Of a DNA stretch of 64,000 bases, positions 36,585-46,055 are shown in pieces (position 1 is the stretch's first letter; every line of letters begins with the position of its first letter). Source of the stretch: a virus (Duplodnaviria > Caudoviricetes); the IMG/VR virus record IMGVR_UViG_650716086_000003, positions 4,081 through 68,080 of that record; one strand, 5' to 3'. The position numbers were made by a program, and so were the translations under genes. The notes under the pieces are model-generated. The model saw nothing but the letters and a program-made list of their open reading frames with translations, had not been told where the DNA came from and did no database searches.

Positions 36585-37018
36585 CGACCTCTCCCCCGCA
36601 ACGCACCGGCAAGCTGCTGATCGAAGTTGCGCCGCAGAGCGACACCCATCTCTTTCCGGATACGCTCTGCGAGACGATGAAAGCGCGTTGCCGGCGTCTC
36701 TTGCTGCCGATCGATGTCGTCGAGCATGGTCTGCATGTCAGCCGATCGAGGATGCTTGTAGGACTCAACGCTTTGGACCCGGATCTCGATCGTCTTGTGC
36801 CACTGCTCGGCAATCTGCCGGCGCGCCGAATCGACTCTGAGCGCTACCTTGGCGGCCGATGTCCGGTCGGGCGAATGGCGAAGGAGGGGAATGGGCACAG
36901 TGAACGTATCTGCAATCGCGCGGCGATTCCGATCAATGAACCCGCCAATGTGAAAGTCACCACGTTCCTGCAGCGCCTTAAACACCAGTTTGTCGTAATC
37001 GATTGGGATGGCCATCAC
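36581..37018 (-). CDS. Hypothetical protein
   Basis: 145 aa, coupled. Confidence 0.6.
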   Translation of the reverse strand: MMAIPIDYDKLVFKALQERGDFHIGGFIDRNRRAIADTFTVPIPLLRHSPDRTSAAKVALRVDSARRQIAEQWHKTIEIRVQSVESYKHPRSADMQTMLDDIDRQQETPATRFHRLAERIRKEMGVALRRNFDQQLAGALRGRGR

Positions 37019-37248
37019 AGGATCTCCAACGGCAGGCCCATCAGGCGCCGGATGTCGCGCGCCGCGTCTTGGGCGAGCCGGTTGATACGAGGGCAGGGAT
37101 CATTCTCGATGCGCTGAAGCGGTTCGAGCCTCGCGGAAGCTGATGACCTGAGCCCGAGACGGGCAAGGAAGCGTCCTTGCTGAGCGCCGGCCCAGGTTAT
37201 GAAGGCGCGTTCTTCGAGCGGTCGTTTCGGTGTGGGTTCATCGGACAT
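37015..37248 (-). CDS. Hypothetical protein
   Basis: GGAA-type RBS and MSDEPTP start; coupled stop. Confidence 0.5.
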   Translation of the reverse strand: MSDEPTPKRPLEERAFITWAGAQQGRFLARLGLRSSASARLEPLQRIENDPCPRINRLAQDAARDIRRLMGLPLEIL

Positions 37249-37349
37249 TGGAGATTCCTGCGTTATGGTGAATAAATCAACAATGGGTTGAATTGTCAAG
37301 CAAGGTGATGGGTCTTGTCTCCGATCGCGAGTGCGCCAGATACTGACTC

Positions 37350-37583
37350 ATGAAAAACACATGGCGCGAACCCGTTCAGATCAAAGAGCGCCCCGGCATT
37401 ACTCGCATGGTCAAGTCGGTCGACGAGGCGCTGCAGGTCATTGACTGGTGGCCGGTTACTCGTCGATGGCAGCGCTCGGTGGACATCCTGATTCAGGCGC
37501 AGCTTGGCAACAAAACGCCCGAGGAAGGGAGGAAGGCGTTCGTAGAAGCGGCGCGGGAAGCCAAAGCGCTGATTGGCGAGTGA
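37350..37583 (+). CDS. DUF982 family protein
   Basis: W.EPV.I......V.SV.EAL..I.WWP...G.KTPEEGRKAFVEAAREA; a rhizobial family. Confidence 0.75.
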   Translation: MKNTWREPVQIKERPGITRMVKSVDEALQVIDWWPVTRRWQRSVDILIQAQLGNKTPEEGRKAFVEAAREAKALIGE

Positions 37584-37587
37584 CATC

Positions 37588-37941
37588 TCACATCCTCGGC
37601 GTGATGTTCATGAAGATGTCGCAATTGGATATGTGAATTCGCCTAGACGGATTCCCCTCAGTGACGAAAACTTCACCTGGTCCGAACTCGTAAGGCGGCG
37701 ACTTTCCGTGACCGGCGATGTAAAGGATACGGCAGGATAGTGCTAACGAGCGTTTGTGAATGATGACGGGCTCGCCGACCTCGATAATCTTCTCATCGAA
37801 CTGGACACGTTCGTTCTTAATCGCAGCTACGAGCCCTGGCAGGTCGTCGTCAACGCCGTTCGCGAAGATGACCGGAACGAAGTCTATTTTCGTTACCCTC
37901 TTGAGCTTCGGCCGGATTATCCGGTGTAGGAAAGCGATCAT
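37588..37941 (-). CDS. Hypothetical protein
   Basis: 117 aa, coupled. Confidence 0.5.
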   Translation of the reverse strand: MIAFLHRIIRPKLKRVTKIDFVPVIFANGVDDDLPGLVAAIKNERVQFDEKIIEVGEPVIIHKRSLALSCRILYIAGHGKSPPYEFGPGEVFVTEGNPSRRIHISNCDIFMNITPRM

Positions 37942-38156
37942 TGTTCAGCCTCTTGCCCTTCCACAAGGCACTCGATGATTGCTGCCGTGCACTTATCGCA
38001 CGCCACAAGGCGCCCTTTATTCATGCCGTTGTAGGCGGCGTGATCGGTGTCTTGAAACAGAAAGCCGAAGGCGCGTTTCCCGCACCACGTTTCCGTTTTC
38101 TTTTCCTCGTGCGTGTGGCGAATGCAAACGATATGATCGGGACGTTCGTTGCTCAT
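37938..38156 (-). CDS. Cys/His-rich hypothetical protein
   Basis: 72 aa with HIVC, TWCG and ACDKC. Confidence 0.6.
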   Translation of the reverse strand: MSNERPDHIVCIRHTHEEKKTETWCGKRAFGFLFQDTDHAAYNGMNKGRLVACDKCTAAIIECLVEGQEAEQ

Positions 38157-38639
38157 TTACGCTGCGCCCTCTTTTGCGGCAGCAAACGCAGCGCAGATTG
38201 CCTCAACAGCATGGAAAATACCCTGCGAGAAGCCATCGCCGTAGGTCTCGCGCCTCCCTGTTGTGTTCTGTGAGAGTGCGGTCATAACCAGCTTCTCGCG
38301 GGCTTGCGTGAATGCGGCTATGAGTTGTCCGTCGATAGCTGGGGTTGCGTACAGGAAATGTATTCCTGCACCTAACTTAGAGGCAGCGGGCAGGGCTGCG
38401 AACATATGAGTCGTAGGGTCTTTATGAGCGACGTATTTCGCGACCGGTTCAACTGCCTTCAGCGGAACGCGGAAATGTCCGTGCCCAACAGGCGGATGGT
38501 ATTGCGGTCTGGCGGCAGCGATTGCGCGCGATATTTCTGACCGCAGTTTATACCAGTCGACTTGCGGGCAGCCGCCTTCCATTCCCGTGTGAGCGAGAAG
38601 CAGGTTGTGTGCGATTTCTTCGGGGGTCATGTCATCCAC
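38157..38639 (-). CDS. Hypothetical protein
   Basis: 160 aa, coupled. Confidence 0.6.
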   Translation of the reverse strand: MDDMTPEEIAHNLLLAHTGMEGGCPQVDWYKLRSEISRAIAAARPQYHPPVGHGHFRVPLKAVEPVAKYVAHKDPTTHMFAALPAASKLGAGIHFLYATPAIDGQLIAAFTQAREKLVMTALSQNTTGRRETYGDGFSQGIFHAVEAICAAFAAAKEGAA

Positions 38640-39279
38640 CTCTTTTGGGAACGATGCCCATCAGTCGGCGATGGGTCGCGCAGTAGTAATTACCGACGCC
38701 GGAATGAACGCCGCAACACGCTGTCTCAGGACCGGAAACCGTCTCGACCGTTTCGAGCGGGAAGCGGCACTGCCAGCCGGCCAGATCGAGGAAGCGGACA
38801 GGCTCTCGATCGGCGATCTGGTATTGCGCGAGATCGAGCGCGCGACGTTCGGCGCCGGCTTCCTGGTCGATGAAATCGAGCACTGGCTCTTGCGACTTCC
38901 GCTTGCGGCCGATCTTACGAGTGGGGAACATTCCGCGGTACCGGTTGGTGACACTCAGGAATGACCGCTCGTTGACTCCGAAGTCGCCGGCAATCTCCTT
39001 GGCCGTCTTCCCGTCGTTCCACATGGCCGCCGCGCGCTGAAGCACCTCATCGGTCCAATGGAAGGCACCGAGCTTCACGCCGACAGCATGAGGCCGCTTG
39101 ACGTTTCGGCCGGTGACCTTCTGCGGGAACTTGTCGCGGTTGCGGTAGATCATGGCCGCCACGGCGCTACGCGAGACGCCGAACAAATTGCCGATCTGCG
39201 TAATGGATTGGCCGTCGGTCCAGAGTTTAGCCGCGCGTTCGACGTTTTCCGGATTCCAAGAGAAGACGATGTTCATCAA
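38632..39279 (-). CDS. gcrA: GcrA-family cell-cycle regulator homolog with duplicated N-terminal HTH
   Basis: SWNPENVERAAKLWTDGQSITQIG..FGVSRSAV, a second HWTDEVLQRAAAMWNDGKTAKEIA, and C-terminal FLDL..WQCRFPL...CG...YCATH. Confidence 0.85.
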   Translation of the reverse strand: MMNIVFSWNPENVERAAKLWTDGQSITQIGNLFGVSRSAVAAMIYRNRDKFPQKVTGRNVKRPHAVGVKLGAFHWTDEVLQRAAAMWNDGKTAKEIAGDFGVNERSFLSVTNRYRGMFPTRKIGRKRKSQEPVLDFIDQEAGAERRALDLAQYQIADREPVRFLDLAGWQCRFPLETVETVSGPETACCGVHSGVGNYYCATHRRLMGIVPKRGG

Positions 39280-40229
39280 CGGCTTTCCTCAGCAACAAGC
39301 GCTTCAACGGCTGCCGGATGAGAGCCGGGCCGATAGGTGCCGTCTTCCTCGATCCAGAGCGGGAACTTTGGCCATGTATCGAAACCGGTACCTCTACGAG
39401 TGATTTCGAGATCGAAATGAGCCACCATATGGGCTGGCCGCCCGAAACTAACCCTCCACCAGCGGTCGGTAGGTGCCTCGACGGCGCGCAGCGGCGCATC
39501 GGGATAGATCGCCTGCAGGAAGGCACGGGCGGCCGGATGCAGCTTGTCGAGCGTGCGGAAGAGGGGATCGTGTTTGGGCTTGCCGCAGCGCTCTGCGGTG
39601 CCCATGCTACAATCACATTCCGGAAAGCGGCAGAAGTCGCTCTGACCCCCTTCAGTTTTTTCCGAAGGTCGAATCTCGGGGGCGGATTCGTTTTGGGCAC
39701 CCTCGATCAGGCGCAAAATTGCCGGTCCGATGAAGTCCCTGTCGAGCCCGTCTTCGTCCGAACAAAGATCGCTGAGCCATTCCTCGCGCGCTGCCGCGAT
39801 GGTCTGCACGATTTCATCGAGCGATGGCGCCAATGTGCCGATCTGACCGGTGGTCGCATCGACGACCACGGGCTGAGCCAAAGTTACGGACTGAGCCGCG
39901 AAAGCCGATTCGACGATCGCCGACACGAACTCATCATATGCAGGCCGAGCCTTCAGACCTGCTTCACGCGCCGCGGCGAGCACGTCCTCCCTTATGGCCA
40001 CAGTCACCTGGTCTGCCGGCGTTTCGACGATTGAATCTGTCGAGATGACGGAAACGATGTCACGTGGATCCGCCTCGCCTAAGAAGTAACCGCCCGTTGG
40101 TGTCCACGAGTGCTTCCCCACCGACCAGGGGAATTTCGCGTGCGCGTTCTTTTCTCGCTGCAACGGTCCCTTCGTCTCGCCATTCCGGAGCTGCACATGG
40201 CAGCCCTCATACAAACCTAAATCGCTCAT
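39276..40229 (-). CDS. Composite hypothetical protein (start uncertain)
   Basis: Long ORF coupled to gcrA; no clear family. Confidence 0.55.
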   Translation of the reverse strand: MSDLGLYEGCHVQLRNGETKGPLQREKNAHAKFPWSVGKHSWTPTGGYFLGEADPRDIVSVISTDSIVETPADQVTVAIREDVLAAAREAGLKARPAYDEFVSAIVESAFAAQSVTLAQPVVVDATTGQIGTLAPSLDEIVQTIAAAREEWLSDLCSDEDGLDRDFIGPAILRLIEGAQNESAPEIRPSEKTEGGQSDFCRFPECDCSMGTAERCGKPKHDPLFRTLDKLHPAARAFLQAIYPDAPLRAVEAPTDRWWRVSFGRPAHMVAHFDLEITRRGTGFDTWPKFPLWIEEDGTYRPGSHPAAVEALVAEESR

Positions 40230-40540
40230 TCTCAGATGCCTCATGAGTCGGGAAAGCCAAAGTTCGAGATTGATGAAATCAACAAACAGTTGATGCGTCA
40301 AGCTCAAAGTTGAAAAATCCGCTTGCGGTTGATTCAAAATCAGCTACCCTATTGATGCTCGCAAAGCCCCAAGCGAGACTTTCTGCCTCCGTGAACCCCT
40401 CCGATTTGCCTCATGGTCGGAGGGGTTTGGTTATGGGCTGGATCATTTTCCAGAGCCAAAGTAGGCAAAATCCATTTTCGAGCGCTAAAGTAAAAAGCCC
40501 TCTTGCAATATTGGGCTCCTGGCAATAGTCAGGCGCTAAC

Positions 40541-40630
40541 GGAGAGGTGGCCGAGTGGTCGAAGGCGCTCCCCTGCTAAGGGAGTATACCGGCGACGGTA
40601 TCGAGGGTTCGAATCCCTTCCTCTCCGCCA
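40541..40630 (+). tRNA. tRNA-Ser (anticodon GCT), long variable arm, encoded CCA
   Basis: GGAGAGG/CCTCTCC acceptor stem, TGGCCGAGTGG D-arm, CTCCC-CTGCTAA-GGGAG anticodon arm, GGTTCGAATCC T-arm, GCCA end. Confidence 0.96.
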
Positions 40631-40687
40631 TTGCACCTTTCCGCGTTTCGTGATTGCCTACCGTTCCGGGCATTGGGGAAAACGGCA

Positions 40688-41107
40688 ATGAAGCGAGTTG
40701 CAATAGTGGCCGCCGCGCTCGCGTTCCTGAGCGGTTGCCAATCGGACTCAACGGGCAGTGTTGATATTTCGGATCGTTTCGCCGATCCCGGCATGCGCGC
40801 TCAACAGAAAGAGATTTACCGGCAAGAACGCGTGGCATTGGCCGCCATGGAAACGCATTGCGCCGCGCAATGGGCAGGCGATCCGGGCATGGTCGAATTC
40901 TGCAGGGAAACGCAACGCCCGAAAGCCCGTCAATTTGTGGCGGCCAAAGTCACATACGAGACCATGCACGCGCGGGATCGAACGCTATTCGCCAGTGACG
41001 TGAAGCGCTATCGAGCGTGCCAAGCGGCGAATCCAGGTGATTTTGAAATGGCGGCCGAATGCGTCAAAGCCGGCAAGGCGGTTGCGACACTGGCCGCGCG
41101 CCAATAG
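40688..41107 (+). CDS. Lipoprotein
   Basis: MKRVAIVAAALAFLSGC lipobox; Cys-rich mature part. Confidence 0.7.
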   Translation: MKRVAIVAAALAFLSGCQSDSTGSVDISDRFADPGMRAQQKEIYRQERVALAAMETHCAAQWAGDPGMVEFCRETQRPKARQFVAAKVTYETMHARDRTLFASDVKRYRACQAANPGDFEMAAECVKAGKAVATLAARQ

Positions 41108-41108
41108 C

Positions 41109-41147
41109 AAAAAGCCCGCGCCGGTCATCACTCCGGAACGGGCTTTT
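41109..41147. terminator. Bidirectional Rho-independent terminator
   Basis: AAAAAGCCCG...CGGGCTTTT between convergent genes. Confidence 0.7.
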
Positions 41148-41179
41148 AAAAGGCCGTGAAGCCTTGAAGCTCTAAAGCA

Positions 41180-42451
41180 TTATTGGAGTTTGGCTAGGCT
41201 TGCAACCGTTACGGCAAGCCCAAATGCGGCCGCGCGTCCTATCGTTCCGGCATGCCAAAGCGAATAGAGCCCGAAACCGACGGCCGCAAGCGCGACCATG
41301 CAGAACAACAAAAGCACAATTTCCGGCTTGCCAAGCCGTTGCCATTCGAGCGCGGCGCCGGCTGGCGCTTCAACCAGTTCCGGCATTGGCGGCCGCTCAT
41401 CTTCCCGCAACGCACCTAACGGGCAATCAGGCAATGTGACTTGAACTGCACGGGCTGGAAACGGCCGGCCGGTCTCATCTATGCCGGAAAAATCGGCCTG
41501 CCCGATTGCCAATTCACGGGAATGGCGAACACGGAAAGCCAATTGCTCGCGAATGGCGGCCGGAACGTCATCAGGGTTTTGCGTGACGAAATAGACGCCA
41601 ACGCCTTTCGAGCGGATAAGCCGCGCGATTTGCTCAACTTTCCGCAATAGAGCCGGATTCGCGTCCTGGAAAAGTAAATGCGCCTCATCAAAAAAGAACA
41701 CGAGTCGCGGCCGCTCGATATCGCCGATTTCCGGCAATCGTTCGTACAGATCCGATAAGAGCCAAAGCAGGAACGCGCCATAAACGCGCGGGCTTTCGAT
41801 AAGCCTTTCCGCCTGCAGAATGGAAACGAGTCCGCCGCTTCTCAAATAACCCGGTAAATCAGGATCATCTGAAGGCGGAATCCCTGTGCCTTGACCTTGC
41901 TTTTCGAGCAATTCCGCCACGTCAAATTGCGGATTGTTGAAAAACCGGCTGGCACCTTGCGTTTCCAGGCGCAATAGCGTGCGCAAGATGACGCCAACGG
42001 ATGCGGCCGAAACCTGCCCGTATATCGCCGACACTGACTCCCGCGCTTGCTGCAGGTGATTCAGGACAAACCGCAAATGCGCTATGGTTTCGAGCGGCAT
42101 TGCATTGTCACGGGCAACCGCAAAAGCTATTTCGAGCGTTCCGGCTTGCACGTCAGATAGTTCTAGAGCCCGTGCCAGGATATCGGCGCCCATTGCCTGA
42201 ATAGGTACGTTTAGCGCCTTGCCTGAGCGGCCGAAAACATCCAAGAACGTAACAGGACATGAGCGGGAAAGCGCGGCTATATCGCCTTTTACGTCCGATA
42301 TGAAAACTGGAACGCCAGCTTGCGAGAATGACTCGGCAAGCTTTTGCAGTGTCACGGTTTTGCCCGTTCCGGTTTGGCCAGTAATGAGCCCGTGGCGGTT
42401 GGCATACCTGAGCGGGATTCCGGCATTGCGGGAAAGTGCGGCGGCCGTCAT
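41180..42451 (-). CDS. HerA/FtsK-like ATPase, DUF853 family, with C-terminal TM segments
   Basis: YANRHGLITGQTGTGKTVTLQ (Walker A), DVKGD, FFFDEAHLLF (Walker B) and IRSKGVGVYFVTQNP. Confidence 0.88.
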   Translation of the reverse strand: MTAAALSRNAGIPLRYANRHGLITGQTGTGKTVTLQKLAESFSQAGVPVFISDVKGDIAALSRSCPVTFLDVFGRSGKALNVPIQAMGADILARALELSDVQAGTLEIAFAVARDNAMPLETIAHLRFVLNHLQQARESVSAIYGQVSAASVGVILRTLLRLETQGASRFFNNPQFDVAELLEKQGQGTGIPPSDDPDLPGYLRSGGLVSILQAERLIESPRVYGAFLLWLLSDLYERLPEIGDIERPRLVFFFDEAHLLFQDANPALLRKVEQIARLIRSKGVGVYFVTQNPDDVPAAIREQLAFRVRHSRELAIGQADFSGIDETGRPFPARAVQVTLPDCPLGALREDERPPMPELVEAPAGAALEWQRLGKPEIVLLLFCMVALAAVGFGLYSLWHAGTIGRAAAFGLAVTVASLAKLQ

Positions 42452-42780
42452 TCTGCCGACTCCACGTCGGAGTCTTCAATGCCGAAAGCGATTGTAGGGA
42501 AATCGGCAGTAGGGTTTTCAGACTGCAACCACGTTTCGCGCGCTATGGATTCCGCCTCATCCGAGTCCGCCGCTTCAACGGTTACCGTGTATGAGACTCT
42601 TTCGGTTATGGTGACTGCATATTTCTGAACCGGCTTTAAATTGCATTCGGCGCAACGTTCCGGCCCATGGTCGAATTCGACCATAATCCAGCCATTGCGC
42701 GTTACGCAATCGACCTTGCCGCGCTTGCCGCTCAGAGACGGAACGTTGCCCGTGTATTCTACCAATTGCCCGTTTTTCAT
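42448..42780 (-). CDS. Hypothetical protein
   Basis: GGAG RBS; MKNGQL start. Confidence 0.6.
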   Translation of the reverse strand: MKNGQLVEYTGNVPSLSGKRGKVDCVTRNGWIMVEFDHGPERCAECNLKPVQKYAVTITERVSYTVTVEAADSDEAESIARETWLQSENPTADFPTIAFGIEDSDVESAE

Positions 42781-42852
42781 CGCTCGACTCCTTGCGTGAA
42801 TTCGCCGCAACGGCCGCCACGTTCTGAGCGGCCGCTAAAGCGAACTCACGAT

Positions 42853-43302
42853 TCAGCGGTGAATGTCGACGATTGCCAGCCAATCGCCGGGCTTGCCGAT
42901 ATAGCATGTTCCCGCGTTGCTGATTTGGCAGCAATAGACACGGCGCCAACGGCCGTTCCATTTGACCATATACGGAGTCGCGAGTTTGAGGCCGTAACCG
43001 CTCGCCGTTTGCTGCAGCCCCTTATCATGGAACCAAAGCGGCGATTCCTTCACTGGCACGGAAACGGTTTGCATTGGTTCCCCTGCCTTGCCGAATTGCA
43101 GATATGCCTTCAGTAGATCCGACGGCTCGACAATCCGGCCGCCCGTTCTGGCCGCATTAGCGCGTGCATCCGCTTCATTGCTGAACTCGATTGCGGACGC
43201 CATTTCGTGCGGCTTGTCGCAAACTACTTTCCAGATTCCAGGCTTTGCCGCATATAGCGCGCGCATGCCGTCCGCGTTTTTCATTTGGTGCCAAGTAGCC
43301 AT
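42853..43302 (-). CDS. Hypothetical early protein
   Basis: GGGGA RBS; C-terminal TASGYG.KL.TPYMV...GRWRRVYC..ISNAGT.YI motif. Confidence 0.65.
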   Translation of the reverse strand: MATWHQMKNADGMRALYAAKPGIWKVVCDKPHEMASAIEFSNEADARANAARTGGRIVEPSDLLKAYLQFGKAGEPMQTVSVPVKESPLWFHDKGLQQTASGYGLKLATPYMVKWNGRWRRVYCCQISNAGTCYIGKPGDWLAIVDIHR

Positions 43303-43330
43303 TGCCTTAAATCCCCAATTGGTTGAATGG

Positions 43331-44020
43331 TTAAGCGTAAATCTGCCCATCGTCGCCGACATACAAGTCGACGTTGCCGAATGCTTTGGCCGCATTGTCG
43401 AGCGCGGTTGCGGCCGGTTCTGGCCAATCGCCATCCCAAAAGCCCGCGCCATGGCCGCAACGCGTGAGCCAAAAGTCATGGCCAGCCATTGCCGATTCAC
43501 GGGCTGCAATCGATCCGTCCATATCGTTGGCTACTGGCGCGCCGTCGCAATGGATATGCTCAGAGTTTGCCCAATAGAACCGCTCGCAATCCTGTTGCAT
43601 CTGAGCGAGTGTTTCCGGCGCAATGTCGGAGTCGTCGCGGCCGTTGTCGAGCGGAGTCCCGTCGTCATCTGAGCTAGACCAAAGCGCGGCGCCGGTATAG
43701 CTCTTGAAGAAATACCAAAGCGGAGTCCCTTCGCGCATTGGATTGAGCGAGCGCCAGAAATCGAGCCATGCCGATTCCGTGAAGGCGCCGCGCTCAGGTG
43801 AAAACCGCTTCCCCGCCTCTTGATGAAAAGTTTTATCTTCCGACGCGATGGAAACGAAAACCTGATTTTCCGGTTCATATCGGCAGATATACATAGGCAT
43901 TTTGAAACCGCCTTGCCGTTGCCAGGAGATGGCGCGTTTTGCTCCTGCCATGTCGCGCGCATGCAATCCGATAACAACTGAGCTTGTGCCATAGTCGGCG
44001 ATAACGAAAAGGTTTGCCAT
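43331..44020 (-). CDS. Hypothetical early protein with GHDFWLTRCGHGAGFWDG motif
   Basis: GGGGA RBS; an aromatic-rich motif typical of a recurring phage family. Confidence 0.7.
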   Translation of the reverse strand: MANLFVIADYGTSSVVIGLHARDMAGAKRAISWQRQGGFKMPMYICRYEPENQVFVSIASEDKTFHQEAGKRFSPERGAFTESAWLDFWRSLNPMREGTPLWYFFKSYTGAALWSSSDDDGTPLDNGRDDSDIAPETLAQMQQDCERFYWANSEHIHCDGAPVANDMDGSIAARESAMAGHDFWLTRCGHGAGFWDGDWPEPAATALDNAAKAFGNVDLYVGDDGQIYA

Positions 44021-44047
44021 TGCTATAATCCCCAAACGGTTGAATTG

Positions 44048-45985
44048 TTACGCATCGATTGAAAGCAGAACGGTTGCGACTCCGGTTCCGCTTTCCTTGA
44101 AGGCGCCGGCCGGCAAGTCGCGCTTTTCGTGCGGTACCGTGTCGAGCCAATCGCGGAACGCTTGCGCCTTTCGATCACTCCGGAAGAATGGCCCAGGCGA
44201 CATGATGGCGACAAGGCGGCCGCCGCTCTTCAGGAACCGGAAAGCGTGTTGCACGTGTTCCGCGTCCTGCCCGTTTTCGAATGGCGGATTCATCAACACA
44301 TAATCAAAATCGGCCGTCGGCGCCGACTCCGTGAAGTCATTGCCGATTAGCTCGACATTCTGCATTTGCAGGATCTCACGCAAACTGAAATGCCGCTCGA
44401 AAGCTTGGATAGTAGCTTGCGGCGCAACCGCCCGAATTCCCTTCACAATGGCGCCGGAACCGGCTGAAGGCTCGAGAATGCGGCAAGGCTCATCTCGCAA
44501 GCCGGCCGCCGCGACCATATCGGAAACGATCTCAGCCGGAGTCGGGAAATAGCCGGGAATGTTCGTAAACTGCAGGCGCTCGATTTTGGCGCGCAAGATT
44601 TCCGCCTGCTTATCGGACTCGCTTTTGCCTTCAGCCAATGCCCAAACGGCGCGCGCTTGCTCAGTGTCGACGGCCGGCCGGTTGGTATCGATTCCCGCGT
44701 CATAATAACCGGAGTTCGAGCGCTCTATTTCGGAACGCGTGAGCGCATGAATATCTGCCTTGCTCTTCAGCCCGGATAGGATCGCCGGCACGGTTCCGGA
44801 CTCGTGCATATCGGCGAGCGCGCGCAAGGCGGATTGAGTCCGCTTCAATTGCCAGCCTTCAATGCGAGCGGCCGCCGCTTCCCGTTGCCGCTTTGGCGTG
44901 TTCGCAAGCCGGTTGCCTAGCTTGTTATCGATTTCAGATTGCATCTTATCCGCCATGGCGCGGAACCGTTCTGCAATGGTCGCATTGCCGGCGCCGTTGG
45001 CTGCAGGCGCGGTTTCTGATGGCGTGGCGGCCGTGAGCCCGGAAACAAAGCTTTCCGCCTTGTCGCGCGCCTTGAAGGCGAAACCACCCGGAGTCTTTCC
45101 CCATGGGCGAGAATACCACCCGCCAAACGCTTTCGCGCTTTCGTTCATTGCGTCAAATGCCGCGCGGTCGACGCGCTCAGGCAATATGACAATGTGCATT
45201 TGAAAGCCTTTTTTCGAATGCGTATGCTCTTCAATGCGCACGCCATCAGCGGCGGCCGGCGCCTTGCCCGTGTCGACGGCTGCAGGCTTTTCGGCAATGT
45301 GCCATTCCCCGACGGGAACGGACTCGGCGCCGTCATAAAGCTTATGTTTCTTGATGCGCCAGCCGTTGGAATTGCGGTAACCGCTCTTCAGATAGTAGCC
45401 GGCGCCCATGGAATATTTCTCGCGGTGTTCCGCGCTTTCCGGCGCCGTCGCGAGCGCTACAGTCTCTTCAAACATGGCTGCAAATTTCCGTAGCTCAGGG
45501 AACAAATCGCGTGCATGGCTGGAAAAGCCGAGAATGACGGTTCGAACCGTTGTTGAGGCGAAATAATCCGTCATGGAGTCGGATTGGTCCTTTATCAGTT
45601 CCGCGACAATCACGGCTTTTGCCCATGACGGAGTCCGGGCTTTTGCCTCTTCACGGAATGAATTCCGGCGCGCGGCCGCCTCTTCAGACTGGCGACGGGC
45701 AACCGCTTGCGCCTCATCTTGCATAGCCTTAATTGCCGCGCGCCGTTCCGCGACATTCTCGACTTTCGGCAAATGCGCCGCGCGGTCGACAAACGGTTTC
45801 AGAATGCCATCAGAAAAAACCGAGATGCGGCCGCTTTCGAAACAGACTTCATATTCCTTTTCGACTTTGCGCATGCCGGCGCCGATCACATACATAGCCG
45901 TTTCCGGCTCACGAATGGCGGAAACGAAACCGCGCGTTCCGTATGGATCGATTGCAGGCGTTCCGATTTCAAAAACTTGGCTCAT
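44048..45985 (-). CDS. Multidomain protein with C-terminal N6-adenine DNA methyltransferase
   Basis: GYFPTP, ILEPSAGSGAI, VLMNPPF and LPAGAFKESGT; N-terminal SDSMTDYF...EHREKYSMGAGYYL domain. Confidence 0.85.
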   Translation of the reverse strand: MSQVFEIGTPAIDPYGTRGFVSAIREPETAMYVIGAGMRKVEKEYEVCFESGRISVFSDGILKPFVDRAAHLPKVENVAERRAAIKAMQDEAQAVARRQSEEAAARRNSFREEAKARTPSWAKAVIVAELIKDQSDSMTDYFASTTVRTVILGFSSHARDLFPELRKFAAMFEETVALATAPESAEHREKYSMGAGYYLKSGYRNSNGWRIKKHKLYDGAESVPVGEWHIAEKPAAVDTGKAPAAADGVRIEEHTHSKKGFQMHIVILPERVDRAAFDAMNESAKAFGGWYSRPWGKTPGGFAFKARDKAESFVSGLTAATPSETAPAANGAGNATIAERFRAMADKMQSEIDNKLGNRLANTPKRQREAAAARIEGWQLKRTQSALRALADMHESGTVPAILSGLKSKADIHALTRSEIERSNSGYYDAGIDTNRPAVDTEQARAVWALAEGKSESDKQAEILRAKIERLQFTNIPGYFPTPAEIVSDMVAAAGLRDEPCRILEPSAGSGAIVKGIRAVAPQATIQAFERHFSLREILQMQNVELIGNDFTESAPTADFDYVLMNPPFENGQDAEHVQHAFRFLKSGGRLVAIMSPGPFFRSDRKAQAFRDWLDTVPHEKRDLPAGAFKESGTGVATVLLSIDA

Positions 45986-46055
45986 GTCAGACTCCACGGG
46001 TTATCAATGCGACTCTTATCGCAATTCCGGTTGAACGTGTCAACTAATTGTTGAA

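Noticed and set aside
40541-40630. tRNA as a prophage attachment junction
   Set aside because: No duplicated tRNA 3' end, no integrase, and phage-like genes continue on both sides.
42853-43509. 218-aa ORF as called in the track
   Set aside because: The N-terminal part overlaps the upstream gene; the RBS supports a start at 43302.
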